From contig JAANOX010000211.1 in the NCBI GenBank assembly GCA_020184695.1, positions 1 through 64,000 of the forward strand: a stretch of 64,000 bases of DNA, in the 5' to 3' direction. Shown one piece after another: positions 52,730-62,685 of this stretch (position 1 is its first letter; each line of letters opens with the position of its first letter). Below the pieces are notes generated by a model. That model worked only from the letters and a program-made list of their open reading frames with translations, ran no database searches and was not told where the DNA came from. The stretch is from Histomonas meleagridis 2922-C6/04-290x (Eukaryota; Protista; Parabasalia). A program made the translations under genes and the position numbers.

Positions 52730-53013
52730 AGTACTGATAAAGAAAAAAAGTATCAAATCCACTAAGATTAAAATCTTTATTTTTTCAAATTAGATCTAAT
52801 TCAAATGATATTAACACCTGAAGAGAAATTTTTTTAAAATACCTAAATACAATGCAAAACTGAAGTTATGCTTTTTAAATTATATTAATATTTTAGATTT
52901 CATTGCCATATTGCATGTGCTATTTATGCTCGTTTATGAAATAACCGACTTTTTAAATACTTTATATAATCCTTCGCATTTTATAGCAAAAACTCTATTT
53001 AAAAGAGGATGAT

Positions 53014-54921
53014 ATGCAAAAAGAATCAGACTTCGTTCATGAGTTGCAAGCAATTTATACGGAGTTTGTTGATCAAATAAAATTGATTCCTTTACAAGTA
53101 AATTCAAATTTAAAAGATCAAAATTTGCAACAAATTACAAATAAATTTGATGCACTCACCAAAAAATTTACACAAGTTATTAACATGGATCAGTGTGTTC
53201 AAAATGATAATGCAGAAAATATTGTTAACAAAATCAATAAAAAGAAAAATAATATTCTTCAACATTATACCAATAAAATCAATAAATTAAAATCGACGTG
53301 TTCCCAAATGATTCAGCAAATAGATCAAAACGAAGTCAAATTTTGTGAAGATTTTCAAAATATTAAACATCGTTACAAAACTCAGATCAACCAACGGCAA
53401 AAGGCATATAATGAATCCATCGAAAAAATCAAGGAACGAATTCAAAATCAACAAAAAGTTGATATTGGTAATTCTCAAAGTCAATTTGATGAAATGAACA
53501 AACAAAGGATCCATTATATGCAGCAAGAAATAAAATCGCTTAAACAGCAAATCAAAATGGAAAAAGAAAACCAATTTCATTTTTTTGCTTCGTCAAAAGA
53601 AACGGTCTCCAAAAGTGACAGCCGTTATGGGATTGAGCTTTTTGACAAACAAAAAGAATATCTTCAATCAAACATTATTACTGTTCAAAATCGAATTGCA
53701 AACATAAGGGATCATATGACAAATATGAAATTAAAATATGATGAGCAACTTAATTTTATTAAAAATGAAATAACAAATGAAAATCAAAAACAAACTATTG
53801 AAGAAGAAAACGAAAAATTAAAAGAAAAAATAAATTTAATGAAAAATAAAAACATGAAAATAAATAAAAGTAAAAGCAATAAAATCCAAAAAGAAATTTT
53901 TGAAGAAATTTTAATTCGAAATGAAAAAATTTGTCAAAACATAAAATTAAATACCGAAAAATACATAAAAGAAATAAATGAAAAATCGAATAATTTATTT
54001 GAAATAATCAATGAAATATATAAAGTCAAAACACAAATAGAAATTAAAAAAGAAAACATTCGAAAAGAAAACACAAAAAAATTAAAATTATTAAAAAACG
54101 AACAAAGAAATGAAATTAATAAAATTTTCGAAGAACACCAAAACATTTATAATGAATATTTAAACAAAACTAAAACGCAAACACAAAAAGAAAATATTTT
54201 TCTTCAAAACCAATTAATTACAACTAAAATGAATTATCAAATAATTACAAATTTAAATAATTCCGAAGTTGATAATATAAATCCAAAATTTGAAATTAAA
54301 CATTTAAAATTAATACAAAAGCAAATTTTACAAAATGAAATAAATTTGATTTCTTTGTTTGGTAAAATAAAAAATGATTTATTTAATTCTTTTAATGTTA
54401 TTAAGGAAATAATTGTTAAAACATTTGAAGAAATAAAAAATGAAAACGAAATAAAAATAAATTTTTGTGATTTTGTTCAAAGTATTTCACAAAATAAAAT
54501 TTTTGATTGTAAAAATGAAGTAAATTTAATGGATTTAGAAAATGAAAATGTTTTCGATGAATATATCGAAGTCATATTTAAAAAATTGGAAGTGTTTTGT
54601 AACATTTCATTAAACGAAACCCGAAACGAAATAATTCAACAGTTTTCAAATCTTTTACAAAAATTTATACAAAAAGAATTTGAATTAAGATACGAACAAT
54701 GTTTGGATAAAATGAAGCAAACTTATAAAAACCAAATACAAAATGACACATTGTTTTATGAAGAAATTGAACAAAATATTGAAATGGAAGAAAAGGATTT
54801 AAATACAATAAATCAATTGATAGATAAAATAAACTTTATCAATAATAAAATCAAAACAAAACAGAAAACTAACAAGCAAACAAAAGAACGTTTGCCGCCG
54901 CTGAATAGAAACAACAAATAG
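53014..54921 (+). CDS. Hypothetical low-complexity coiled-coil protein (635 aa)
   Basis: Long ORF rich in K/N/E/I/Q. Confidence 0.65.
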   Translation: MQKESDFVHELQAIYTEFVDQIKLIPLQVNSNLKDQNLQQITNKFDALTKKFTQVINMDQCVQNDNAENIVNKINKKKNNILQHYTNKINKLKSTCSQMIQQIDQNEVKFCEDFQNIKHRYKTQINQRQKAYNESIEKIKERIQNQQKVDIGNSQSQFDEMNKQRIHYMQQEIKSLKQQIKMEKENQFHFFASSKETVSKSDSRYGIELFDKQKEYLQSNIITVQNRIANIRDHMTNMKLKYDEQLNFIKNEITNENQKQTIEEENEKLKEKINLMKNKNMKINKSKSNKIQKEIFEEILIRNEKICQNIKLNTEKYIKEINEKSNNLFEIINEIYKVKTQIEIKKENIRKENTKKLKLLKNEQRNEINKIFEEHQNIYNEYLNKTKTQTQKENIFLQNQLITTKMNYQIITNLNNSEVDNINPKFEIKHLKLIQKQILQNEINLISLFGKIKNDLFNSFNVIKEIIVKTFEEIKNENEIKINFCDFVQSISQNKIFDCKNEVNLMDLENENVFDEYIEVIFKKLEVFCNISLNETRNEIIQQFSNLLQKFIQKEFELRYEQCLDKMKQTYKNQIQNDTLFYEEIEQNIEMEEKDLNTINQLIDKINFINNKIKTKQKTNKQTKERLPPLNRNNK

Positions 54922-55213
54922 AACAATTTGGGTATATTATTCAAACTGTTCTAATTAAATTACTTTTTATTCATAAAAATAATCTTCTAAACTAAAAGTT
55001 GAACATCATAAAGACTAAAATGTTTCGAAACAAATTTTTCAAAATTTTCTGATTGTATAGTTTATTTTTAAACTGACATACTGAGAAACAAGGGATTCAA
55101 CAAAGATTTGAGTTTTTATGGGAAATGTTGCACCTTTAGATTTTGAATTTCGAGAAAAATTTTTAGTTTTTCATTAAAAACATAAATACAAAAAATTATT
55201 TACAAAATAAATT

Positions 55214-56782
55214 CTATTTTCTAACAAATTTCAACACCAAAAACACATCCAACAACACTATATATACGATTGATACCAATCTAACAATTCTATTTTTTTC
55301 ACAAGTTTTTTGTATTCTTTTTGTTATATTTCTCTTTCTTTTACTTTCGCCATCATTTTCATCTAATATTTCGTATTTTAATGATTCAGGATCTTTCATA
55401 GCAAACGTCGAAATTTGTCTCTTTAAATTCGATAGTTCTTTTTCGAAATTTTCTTTTTCCTTTCTTTGGATCGATGTATTTGTAATCATTTGTGATATTT
55501 GATATTCGATTGCGTCACATTTTTGTTTTAAACTTTTCTTTTGCTTTGTTAACATTGATATTAATTCCGAACAATTTTCAAAATTATTTTCATCAATAAA
55601 ATTATTAATTTCATATTTTTCTTTTTCGATTTTTTCTTTTATATTTTTATTATTTAATTCAAGTTCTTTCTTCTTCTCTTTTAGTTTCTCAAATTGCTTA
55701 AGATTCATTGAATATGTCTTCTGAAGATTATTCTTCTCGGATTCAGTATTAAATGAAGTTCTTACATGCTCAAGTTTTATTTTAGCGTTTTCCCACTCAT
55801 TTATTGATGGAAGTTGTTCAAGTGTTTGCGTATATGTTTCTACTTCGTGTTTTAATAATGAAATTTTTTCTTTAAGTTTCGATATTTCTTCGTTTTTGTT
55901 GTCAATCATTTTAATGTATTCATTTTCCTTTAAAGAGATCTCAGAAAGTTTTTTATTTTCATCATCAAGTTTCCGTTGAAGATCCTTTAATGATATTTTT
56001 TGTTGGTTACTTTCAAGAAGTTTTCGCTTGGCTTCTTCAAGTTGGAATTCGGCTTCTTGAAGTTCGTTTTCATATGCTTCGAGACGATCATTTCTCATTG
56101 AAATGGCTGTATCGACTTCAGATTCTTTTTGATGGAGAATTTCAATGACGCAATTACGTTGCTCAGTCAACGATGCGATTGAAGTTTCCACTGATTTAAG
56201 AGATAGTTGACTATCAAGTAACTCTTCTTTATATTTGGAAAGAGAGAATTCGTAGTCAACAAGTGCTTGTGATTGTGCTGAACGTGTGGCAATTTCAACT
56301 TGTTCATCACATTCACGTTTGAGTTGATTAAGAGTTTCTGTAAGTTGAGAAACTTTCTTGTTCTTGGATAGTTCATTTTGAACATCAGATTTGAGTTGTG
56401 AAATCATGGAATCTAAATCTGGTAGAGATTTTAATTGATCAATTGAGGTTTGCAGAACAGGTAAAGGATCAGTAATTACAACAAGGTTGTTGGATAAAAT
56501 GTTGGTTGAATTGCTGATAAGTTTGCTTGATTGACATAAAGTGTTGAATGAATCGATATATAAGTTAATAAGTTTAATTCCTTCTTCTTTTGGAATTCCA
56601 TCATGAAAACGTTCTTGTAACTGTTTAATTTCGTCAAGTAATTTATTTTTTATTTCTGAATTTGCTTGATTCATATCAAGAGAAACATCATTTGGAAAAA
56701 TTTTTATAAGTAATTCAGGCGAGTTAATTTCATCCCAATGTTCCTTTGATTCAGTTAATATTTTTATAACATTTTCAGTCAT
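55214..56782 (-). CDS. CASP/Coy1-like tail-anchored golgin
   Basis: N-terminal W...DPLPVL motif like CASP PDPxPxL, a long coiled coil and a C-terminal TM segment KNRIVRLVSIVYIVLLDVFLVLKF resembling the CASP tail. Confidence 0.6.
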   Translation of the reverse strand: MTENVIKILTESKEHWDEINSPELLIKIFPNDVSLDMNQANSEIKNKLLDEIKQLQERFHDGIPKEEGIKLINLYIDSFNTLCQSSKLISNSTNILSNNLVVITDPLPVLQTSIDQLKSLPDLDSMISQLKSDVQNELSKNKKVSQLTETLNQLKRECDEQVEIATRSAQSQALVDYEFSLSKYKEELLDSQLSLKSVETSIASLTEQRNCVIEILHQKESEVDTAISMRNDRLEAYENELQEAEFQLEEAKRKLLESNQQKISLKDLQRKLDDENKKLSEISLKENEYIKMIDNKNEEISKLKEKISLLKHEVETYTQTLEQLPSINEWENAKIKLEHVRTSFNTESEKNNLQKTYSMNLKQFEKLKEKKKELELNNKNIKEKIEKEKYEINNFIDENNFENCSELISMLTKQKKSLKQKCDAIEYQISQMITNTSIQRKEKENFEKELSNLKRQISTFAMKDPESLKYEILDENDGESKRKRNITKRIQKTCEKNRIVRLVSIVYIVLLDVFLVLKFVRK

Positions 56783-56944
56783 TAAGATAAAATTAAAAAT
56801 TAATGAAAAGACTTAAATTGTATCGGCAGCCACGTGTTCGATTTCCAGCACCTGGATTTTTTTCATTTTAATTGAATGTGAACAATAAAAAAGTGACTGG
56901 TTTTGACTTGGTTTGTTTTAATTAAATTTAACCAAAAGAACCAA

Positions 56945-57442
56945 ATGTCTTCGCTGCCGCTTGATGATCCATTTTGCCCAGCATGGACACCTTTCTTCGG
57001 GTTTGCTGGAATATGCATTGGTGTTGTCCTTGCTTGCGCTGGAAGTGCTATTGGAACAGCTAAATGTGGTATTGGTTTAGCAAGTGCCTCTCTTATTAAC
57101 AAATCAGTAATTGTTCGTGGTTTGATTGCTCCAATTATGGCCGGTATCATAGGAATTTATGGTCTTGTTTTTGCTATTGTAGTTCTTGATTCAATTGTTG
57201 CTACCGGCTATCACATTGGCAAAGCATTTGCACACTTTAGTGGAGGCATATGCGTAGGATTTACAGGTCTTGCAGCAGGTCTCACAATTGGTATTTCGGG
57301 ACAAATTGGAATTATTTCATTTGCAAAACAACCAGGTCTTTTCGTTGGTATGACTCTTGTCCTTATTTTTGGTGAAGTTTTAGGTATCTATGGTATGGTT
57401 ATATCACTTGTACTTAACTCGAAAACATACTCATGTTCTTGA
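56945..57442 (+). CDS. V-type ATPase proteolipid subunit c (16 kDa)
   Basis: PAWTPFFGFAG, GSAIGTAKCG, PIMAGIIGIYGL and LIFGEVLGIYG with the proton-binding Glu; first in-frame ATG at 56945. Confidence 0.95.
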   Translation: MSSLPLDDPFCPAWTPFFGFAGICIGVVLACAGSAIGTAKCGIGLASASLINKSVIVRGLIAPIMAGIIGIYGLVFAIVVLDSIVATGYHIGKAFAHFSGGICVGFTGLAAGLTIGISGQIGIISFAKQPGLFVGMTLVLIFGEVLGIYGMVISLVLNSKTYSCS

Positions 57443-58148
57443 ATAAAAGATTTTTAGAACAAATTCGTTTTTTATCATCAGCAAGTCCACCAAATCAAAC
57501 TGTGTATACGCTTTTAAATGCTCAAAATATATCACACAAGTCATTGGCAATTTAAGAATTTTTTAATCAAGACACAAGCTTAATAAATATTTATGCACTG
57601 GGAAAGATGAAGAGAAAAAAAATCATAACTTTCAATTGAATTTGGTATTTCGAACTGGCCATTGGAAAACAAAGGTGCAAAAAAAATTTAAAAAATAGAA
57701 GATAATCCATTATTTACTAAAAAAGGAAAACACGATATAACTTTTTCAAATAAAAATCGACCAAAATTCTGAATGTATCGTTCTTTTTAACAAGCATTAA
57801 CTTTTTGTGCGTAGTAAACGGCATTTTTTCAAAAAGTTTTATTATACTAGTAATTAACTTTTAAGTTTTAAGATAAACTCTTATGGAGTGAACAAATATA
57901 GTAACAAATCTTCATGAAAACTAAGCTAAGAAGAATTGCATGTTTACAAGGAAAAAATGAATTTTTTTTATTCATTGAAAAAGAATTCAAAAGAAACCAA
58001 ATTAATTAATTGATAACAAATAAACCTACACTTGAATTTTGTAACGAAATCTAGTTTATTTGTTCGAAATTTTATAATTGATAACGCAAAAATCCCAAGT
58101 TATCTAAACTCTGCAAGAACGGTTTATTTCAAAAATTGACAAAACCAA

Positions 58149-59222
58149 ATGGTTGAAAGAATTAAAGAAGAATTAGGAAGTGAAGATGTCAATACTCGTC
58201 TTGGTGCCATCTCAAAAATCTCCACTATTCCCGAAGGCAACCGTGCTGAAATTTTCAATCTTGTAATTAATGATTTTAATCATGAAGTTCGTGAAGCAGC
58301 AGCTAACCAAATAGTCTTATGCCCTTCATGCTATAAAATTTTCCTTTCTGACCCAGATCCAAAAGTTAGGATAGCTATCATCAAACATTCCATAGATATT
58401 CGCAAGGAACTTAAAAACGATGAAGATTTCTTCAAGTCATTCGAAGCTCTTCAAAACGACTCTGTTGCAGATGTTCGTCGTGTCTTTGCCACTGTTCTTG
58501 CAGATCATGCCAAAGCTGATTTTGGTGATAAAGATAAAGTTGTTCCTCGAATTGTTCAACTTGTTGAACGTCTTCTTTCAGACCGTCATGATGATGTCCG
58601 AGTCGCAGCCTCTTTAAATGTCAAACAACTTACCATTCAATTTGGCTTCGATTTTGTGTTCGAACAACTTTACAACTCCCTTCACAAGATGCTCACTGAT
58701 ACTCAGTGGCGTGTCCGCAACAACGCTGTTGAGCTTTTGTTCGGGCTAGCTATTGTATGCAATTCAGACTTTTTTGATCAGAACCTTTTCCCTTTCCTCA
58801 TGCAATTTCTCACCGACCAATGCTACAAAGTTCGTGAGTTTGCTCTTAAAGCTCTTCCTACACTTGTTTCCCACTTTGGTGTTGAATGGCTGAAATCGAA
58901 ATTGATTGTCGAACTTCAGACTCTTGCTCAATCACAGAACTTCCTTCAACGTGAAACTTATTTGTATTGTATTTCTGCCCTCGTGAGCTTCTTCCCTGTA
59001 CAGTATCAATCAAATTACGTTTTCCAACCAATGATCCGAATGCTACGCGACCCGGTACAAAACGTTGTACTCCTCGCAATAGAGTTACTCCAGAAGCATA
59101 AGGAGTCTATCCACCCATTCAGGAGACAATATGAGTTGAAACCGATTTTGGAAAATTTGGTCGAATCATCTCCACAAACAGTGAAAGAACACGCGAACGC
59201 TTTTCTAGCAGAATGCCAATAA
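58149..59222 (+). CDS. PP2A scaffold subunit A (PR65)-like HEAT-repeat protein, short (357 aa)
   Basis: HEAT signatures SEDVNTRLGAISKI, DTQWRVRNNAVE, DQCYKVREFA, SQNFLQRETYL and DPVQNV match PR65 repeats 1 and 11-14 by eye. Confidence 0.75.
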   Translation: MVERIKEELGSEDVNTRLGAISKISTIPEGNRAEIFNLVINDFNHEVREAAANQIVLCPSCYKIFLSDPDPKVRIAIIKHSIDIRKELKNDEDFFKSFEALQNDSVADVRRVFATVLADHAKADFGDKDKVVPRIVQLVERLLSDRHDDVRVAASLNVKQLTIQFGFDFVFEQLYNSLHKMLTDTQWRVRNNAVELLFGLAIVCNSDFFDQNLFPFLMQFLTDQCYKVREFALKALPTLVSHFGVEWLKSKLIVELQTLAQSQNFLQRETYLYCISALVSFFPVQYQSNYVFQPMIRMLRDPVQNVVLLAIELLQKHKESIHPFRRQYELKPILENLVESSPQTVKEHANAFLAECQ

Positions 59223-59511
59223 ATAATGAACAATGGATTAAATTTTGTGCTTTAAAATTTCGTTGCTGTTTGAATGAAAAACGATGAAAATGCATTCAAT
59301 ATAAAATTTCCAAAATAAGAATTTTAAAAATTATCAAAAAAAAAGTAAATAAACGTACTGTTACACAAACAAAGTAATTGAAAAATTGATATCAAATGTA
59401 TGTTGTTTAAATTTATTTCGAAGATAAAAATATCAATAATTTGAAGATGTGTTTTTGTGTTTATGCTGCGGTCTTATTTTTGAACCGAAATTCAAAATAA
59501 AATAAAGCACA

Positions 59512-59952
59512 ATGTAAGCAAAATCAAAAAGAAATTGAAGAACAAGCTCGAAAACTTCAAGATCTCGCACGCGATCTTTGCTATTGTCTTAAGGAATCTC
59601 CCAATGTATCAGAAGATCTTTTAAAAAAACGGGGAGAGGGATCATCTCTCGTATCACTTTTTGAAACATTTCAAAGTTTCACTTCAGAACAAATCCTTTC
59701 AATGGATAGCAATCAATGGACTAATGAACGTAAGAGCAAGTATGAAACCATGTTTGCAAAGAACCCAAACAGATAAACAAATGCGGATAAACATATTGAA
59801 GACCTTCAATCCAAAAGACTGAGCAAGACATGAAAACCCGAATTGAGTCACATGACACTAAAAAAGAACAATTAATACAAATACAATCACATTATGATGC
59901 TGAACCCAACGTGATGATGAACTTTTTAAATAATTTAGAACAGCAATTATAA
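59512..59952 (+). pseudogene. Probable decayed small gene
   Basis: ATG-T-AAG CAA AAT... places ATG one base out of frame with a 91-codon open frame (59501-59776: KEIEEQARKLQDLARDLCYCLKES...). Protein-like sequence continues through further stops and frameshifts. Confidence 0.35.
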
Positions 59953-60427
59953 GTGCATCTAAAAATGATAAAAATTGACCGACGTCGTTATCAAAAACGA
60001 ATTAGTATCAATGCTTGATGTATATTTTTTTTTAAATTTAATTTAATACGTATTTATATAATTTCATATTTCAAAAACAATACTTAAATAATGCTTCCTA
60101 AAGTATTTCTAATAGCACTGTGATTGCATCTGAAAATGCAAATATAATTAGGGAAGTGTAACATTTTACAATAAAATATTAATAAAAATTACACGTGTAA
60201 TCTAACAATCAAAAAATCTGTCAGAGGGATTTTTTTAAATTGCTTGTGAATTAAGATATAGCTGATTGTTTATATTTCAATTTCTAGATAATTTTTTTAT
60301 ATTAAATTAATGTCATTTAAAGAACTAAGCTTCAAGAAAAATTTCAACTAATTCCTAAATTGCACGTTAAAAATACGTTATTTGGAGTTGCAAGTCTTGT
60401 TAAATAATATAAGTTACTGAAAAGGGT

Positions 60428-60913
60428 ATGAAAAGGTACAATTTAGAAGGAGATGAACATGCTGGAAAGACCTTAGTCGGAAACTGGTATGAAGATCGTG
60501 AATGGGGTGATAGTAGTGATACTAAAAAAATAAATCACGGAATGAATCTGACTTCAGTTCCTGGATATGAAAATAAGTATAAGACAACAAACCAAAAAGC
60601 ATTTGGACATCACGACAATCTATATCATAAAAGGATACCTCCAAGACAAGCGCGCAGAGAGCAAGAAACTTTTAAGACTACTATCCGAGATCTTCAAAAC
60701 GAGGAATTGGAACAAGAAAACCACCAAATTGAATTCACAAGAAAAGGGAAATTCTTGCCTGAGCCAACTTACCATGAGAATTTACAATTAGATTATATGG
60801 AAGATGAACCTATAACATTATATTCGGAAACAAGGCATAATTTTGGAAGAGATAGCCACTTTACAACCCCTATTCAAGATTATATCGGACATAGAATTGT
60901 TAAAGATGATTAA
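60428..60913 (+). CDS. Small hypothetical protein with a GNWxE motif, possibly a flagellar microtubule inner protein
   Basis: TLVGNWYEDR resembles the GNW motif of CFAP68/95/107/161-type proteins; 161 aa. Confidence 0.45.
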   Translation: MKRYNLEGDEHAGKTLVGNWYEDREWGDSSDTKKINHGMNLTSVPGYENKYKTTNQKAFGHHDNLYHKRIPPRQARREQETFKTTIRDLQNEELEQENHQIEFTRKGKFLPEPTYHENLQLDYMEDEPITLYSETRHNFGRDSHFTTPIQDYIGHRIVKDD

Positions 60914-61080
60914 TTTTTTTTTTTAAATCATATTTTTAAACTTACTCATAAAGCTTTTACTCATGAGTTGCATATATTATTTCACACACATAAGTGAGTC
61001 ATTAATTTTGAAAAGTTGAAAGTGAAAATTAAGAAAACTGACTAAAAATGACGATCATAACTGTTGGATCAAAAAATATT

Positions 61081-62685
61081 TTATTTTTTAATATCCTTTG
61101 AATATTTCAGAATAAATCTTGCTATTTCGCCATGAGAATAATTCATAGCTTTGTTAAGTGCTGTATCAAATAATTTAAATAATTTCCAAATACTATTTTG
61201 AAATATAAAAATATTAAAATAAATCCAAAATAAAACAAATAAATATCTTTAGCATTAATATCAATTCCCTTTTGTTCAAGAAGTAATTTGACTATTTCTA
61301 TATAACCATTTTGAGATGCCCACATAAGTGCTGTTTTAAATAATTTAAAGAATTTCCAAATATTATTATGAAATATCAAATTTTGTATTAATATTAATTC
61401 CTTCTATCCCTAGAAGCAATTTAACTATTTCAGTATATCCTTTTTTTGATGCAAAAATAAGTGATGCGTCGAATATTTTGAAATATTAAATTATTGAAAG
61501 AAACATTATATTAAATAATTTTACTTTTTTATCATTTTTAACAATTTTTCCTTGTTCAATAAGCAATTTAACTATTTCTGTGTGACCGTTTAGTGATGCA
61601 TAAAATAGTGCACTCGAAAATAATTTTGGCAATTTATAAAAATTATTTTGATATTTCAAGTTCTTAAAACAAATATCTTCTGTATCACATAATTTTTTAT
61701 GCTCAAGAAATTTAACTATTTCAATATGGCCATTTTGAGATGCTAAAATAAGTGCTGTTTGAAATATTTTAAATAATTTCCAAATATTGTTTTGAATTTC
61801 TATATTATTAAAATAAATATCAAATAAAACAATTATATATTTTTAGCATTAATATCAATTCCTTCTTGTTCAAAAAGTAATTTAACTATTTCTGTATGAC
61901 CATTAGACGATGCAAACAGAAGTGATGTCCAAAATATTTTAAATAATTTCCAAATATTGTTTTGAATTTCTATACTATCAAAACAAATATCAATTAAAAC
62001 AATTATATATTTCTAGCATTAATATCAATTCCTTTTTGTTCAAGAATTAATTTAACTATTCCTATATTTCCTTTTTTAGATGCTAACATTAGTGCTGTTT
62101 GAAATAATTTGTTTAAATTCTAAATGTTATATCAAAATATGAAATTAATAAAATAAATTTCATTTAAAGCAAAATAACATTTTTTATATTGGAAATTATT
62201 TTTCGTTCAAGAAGTAATTTAAATATTTCTGTATTACCATATTTAGCTGCAATAATATCTAGTGATCTATAAAGTTTAAACAAATCCCAAATATTATTTT
62301 GAAACTTTAAATTAACCAAATTAATTTTAATAAAATAAAATAATCATCTAATACATGAACATCGATACCTTTTCTTTCAAGAAGTAATTTAACTATTTCT
62401 GTATTACACCTTTCAATTGCTTTAATAAGCGCCGATTTAAATAGTTTAAATAAATTCCAAATATATTTTTGAAGTTTCAAATTATTGTAAATAATTTTAA
62501 ATAAAATATTTGTATATCTTTCGCATTTACATCAATTCCGATTGTTCCGAGAAGTAATTTAACAATTTCTGTGTAACATTTTTCAATTGCTATAATAAGT
62601 GGTGTTTTAAATATCTTAAATAAATTCCAAATATTATATTGAAATATCAAATCACGAATTCAAATATCAAATAAAACAATTCAAA
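61081..62685 (-). repeat. Array of 10 ankyrin-repeat coding cassettes separated by AT-rich spacers (80,80,80,80,80,80,60,63,43,80 nt)
   Basis: Cassettes at 62605-62516, 62435-62346, 62265-62179, 62098-62009, 61928-61839, 61758-61675, 61614-61531, 61467-61378, 61334-61245 and 61164-61081 (ends in TAA). Each translates without stops as T(A/P)LxxAxxxGxxEIVKLLLxxxGIDINAK(D/N) or a close variant. Confidence 0.9.

Noticed and set aside
61081-62685. CRISPR array (regular period with conserved and variable parts)
   Set aside because: Eukaryotic context with no cas genes; both parts are degenerate and the variable part encodes ankyrin repeats.
61165-62685. Ordinary GT-AG spliceosomal introns in the ankyrin array
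   Set aside because: No consistent GT at the 5' end, no AG at the 3' end and no ACTAAC branch point. The GT at spacer position 9-10 occurs in only four spacers and would leave a TAA in two of them.
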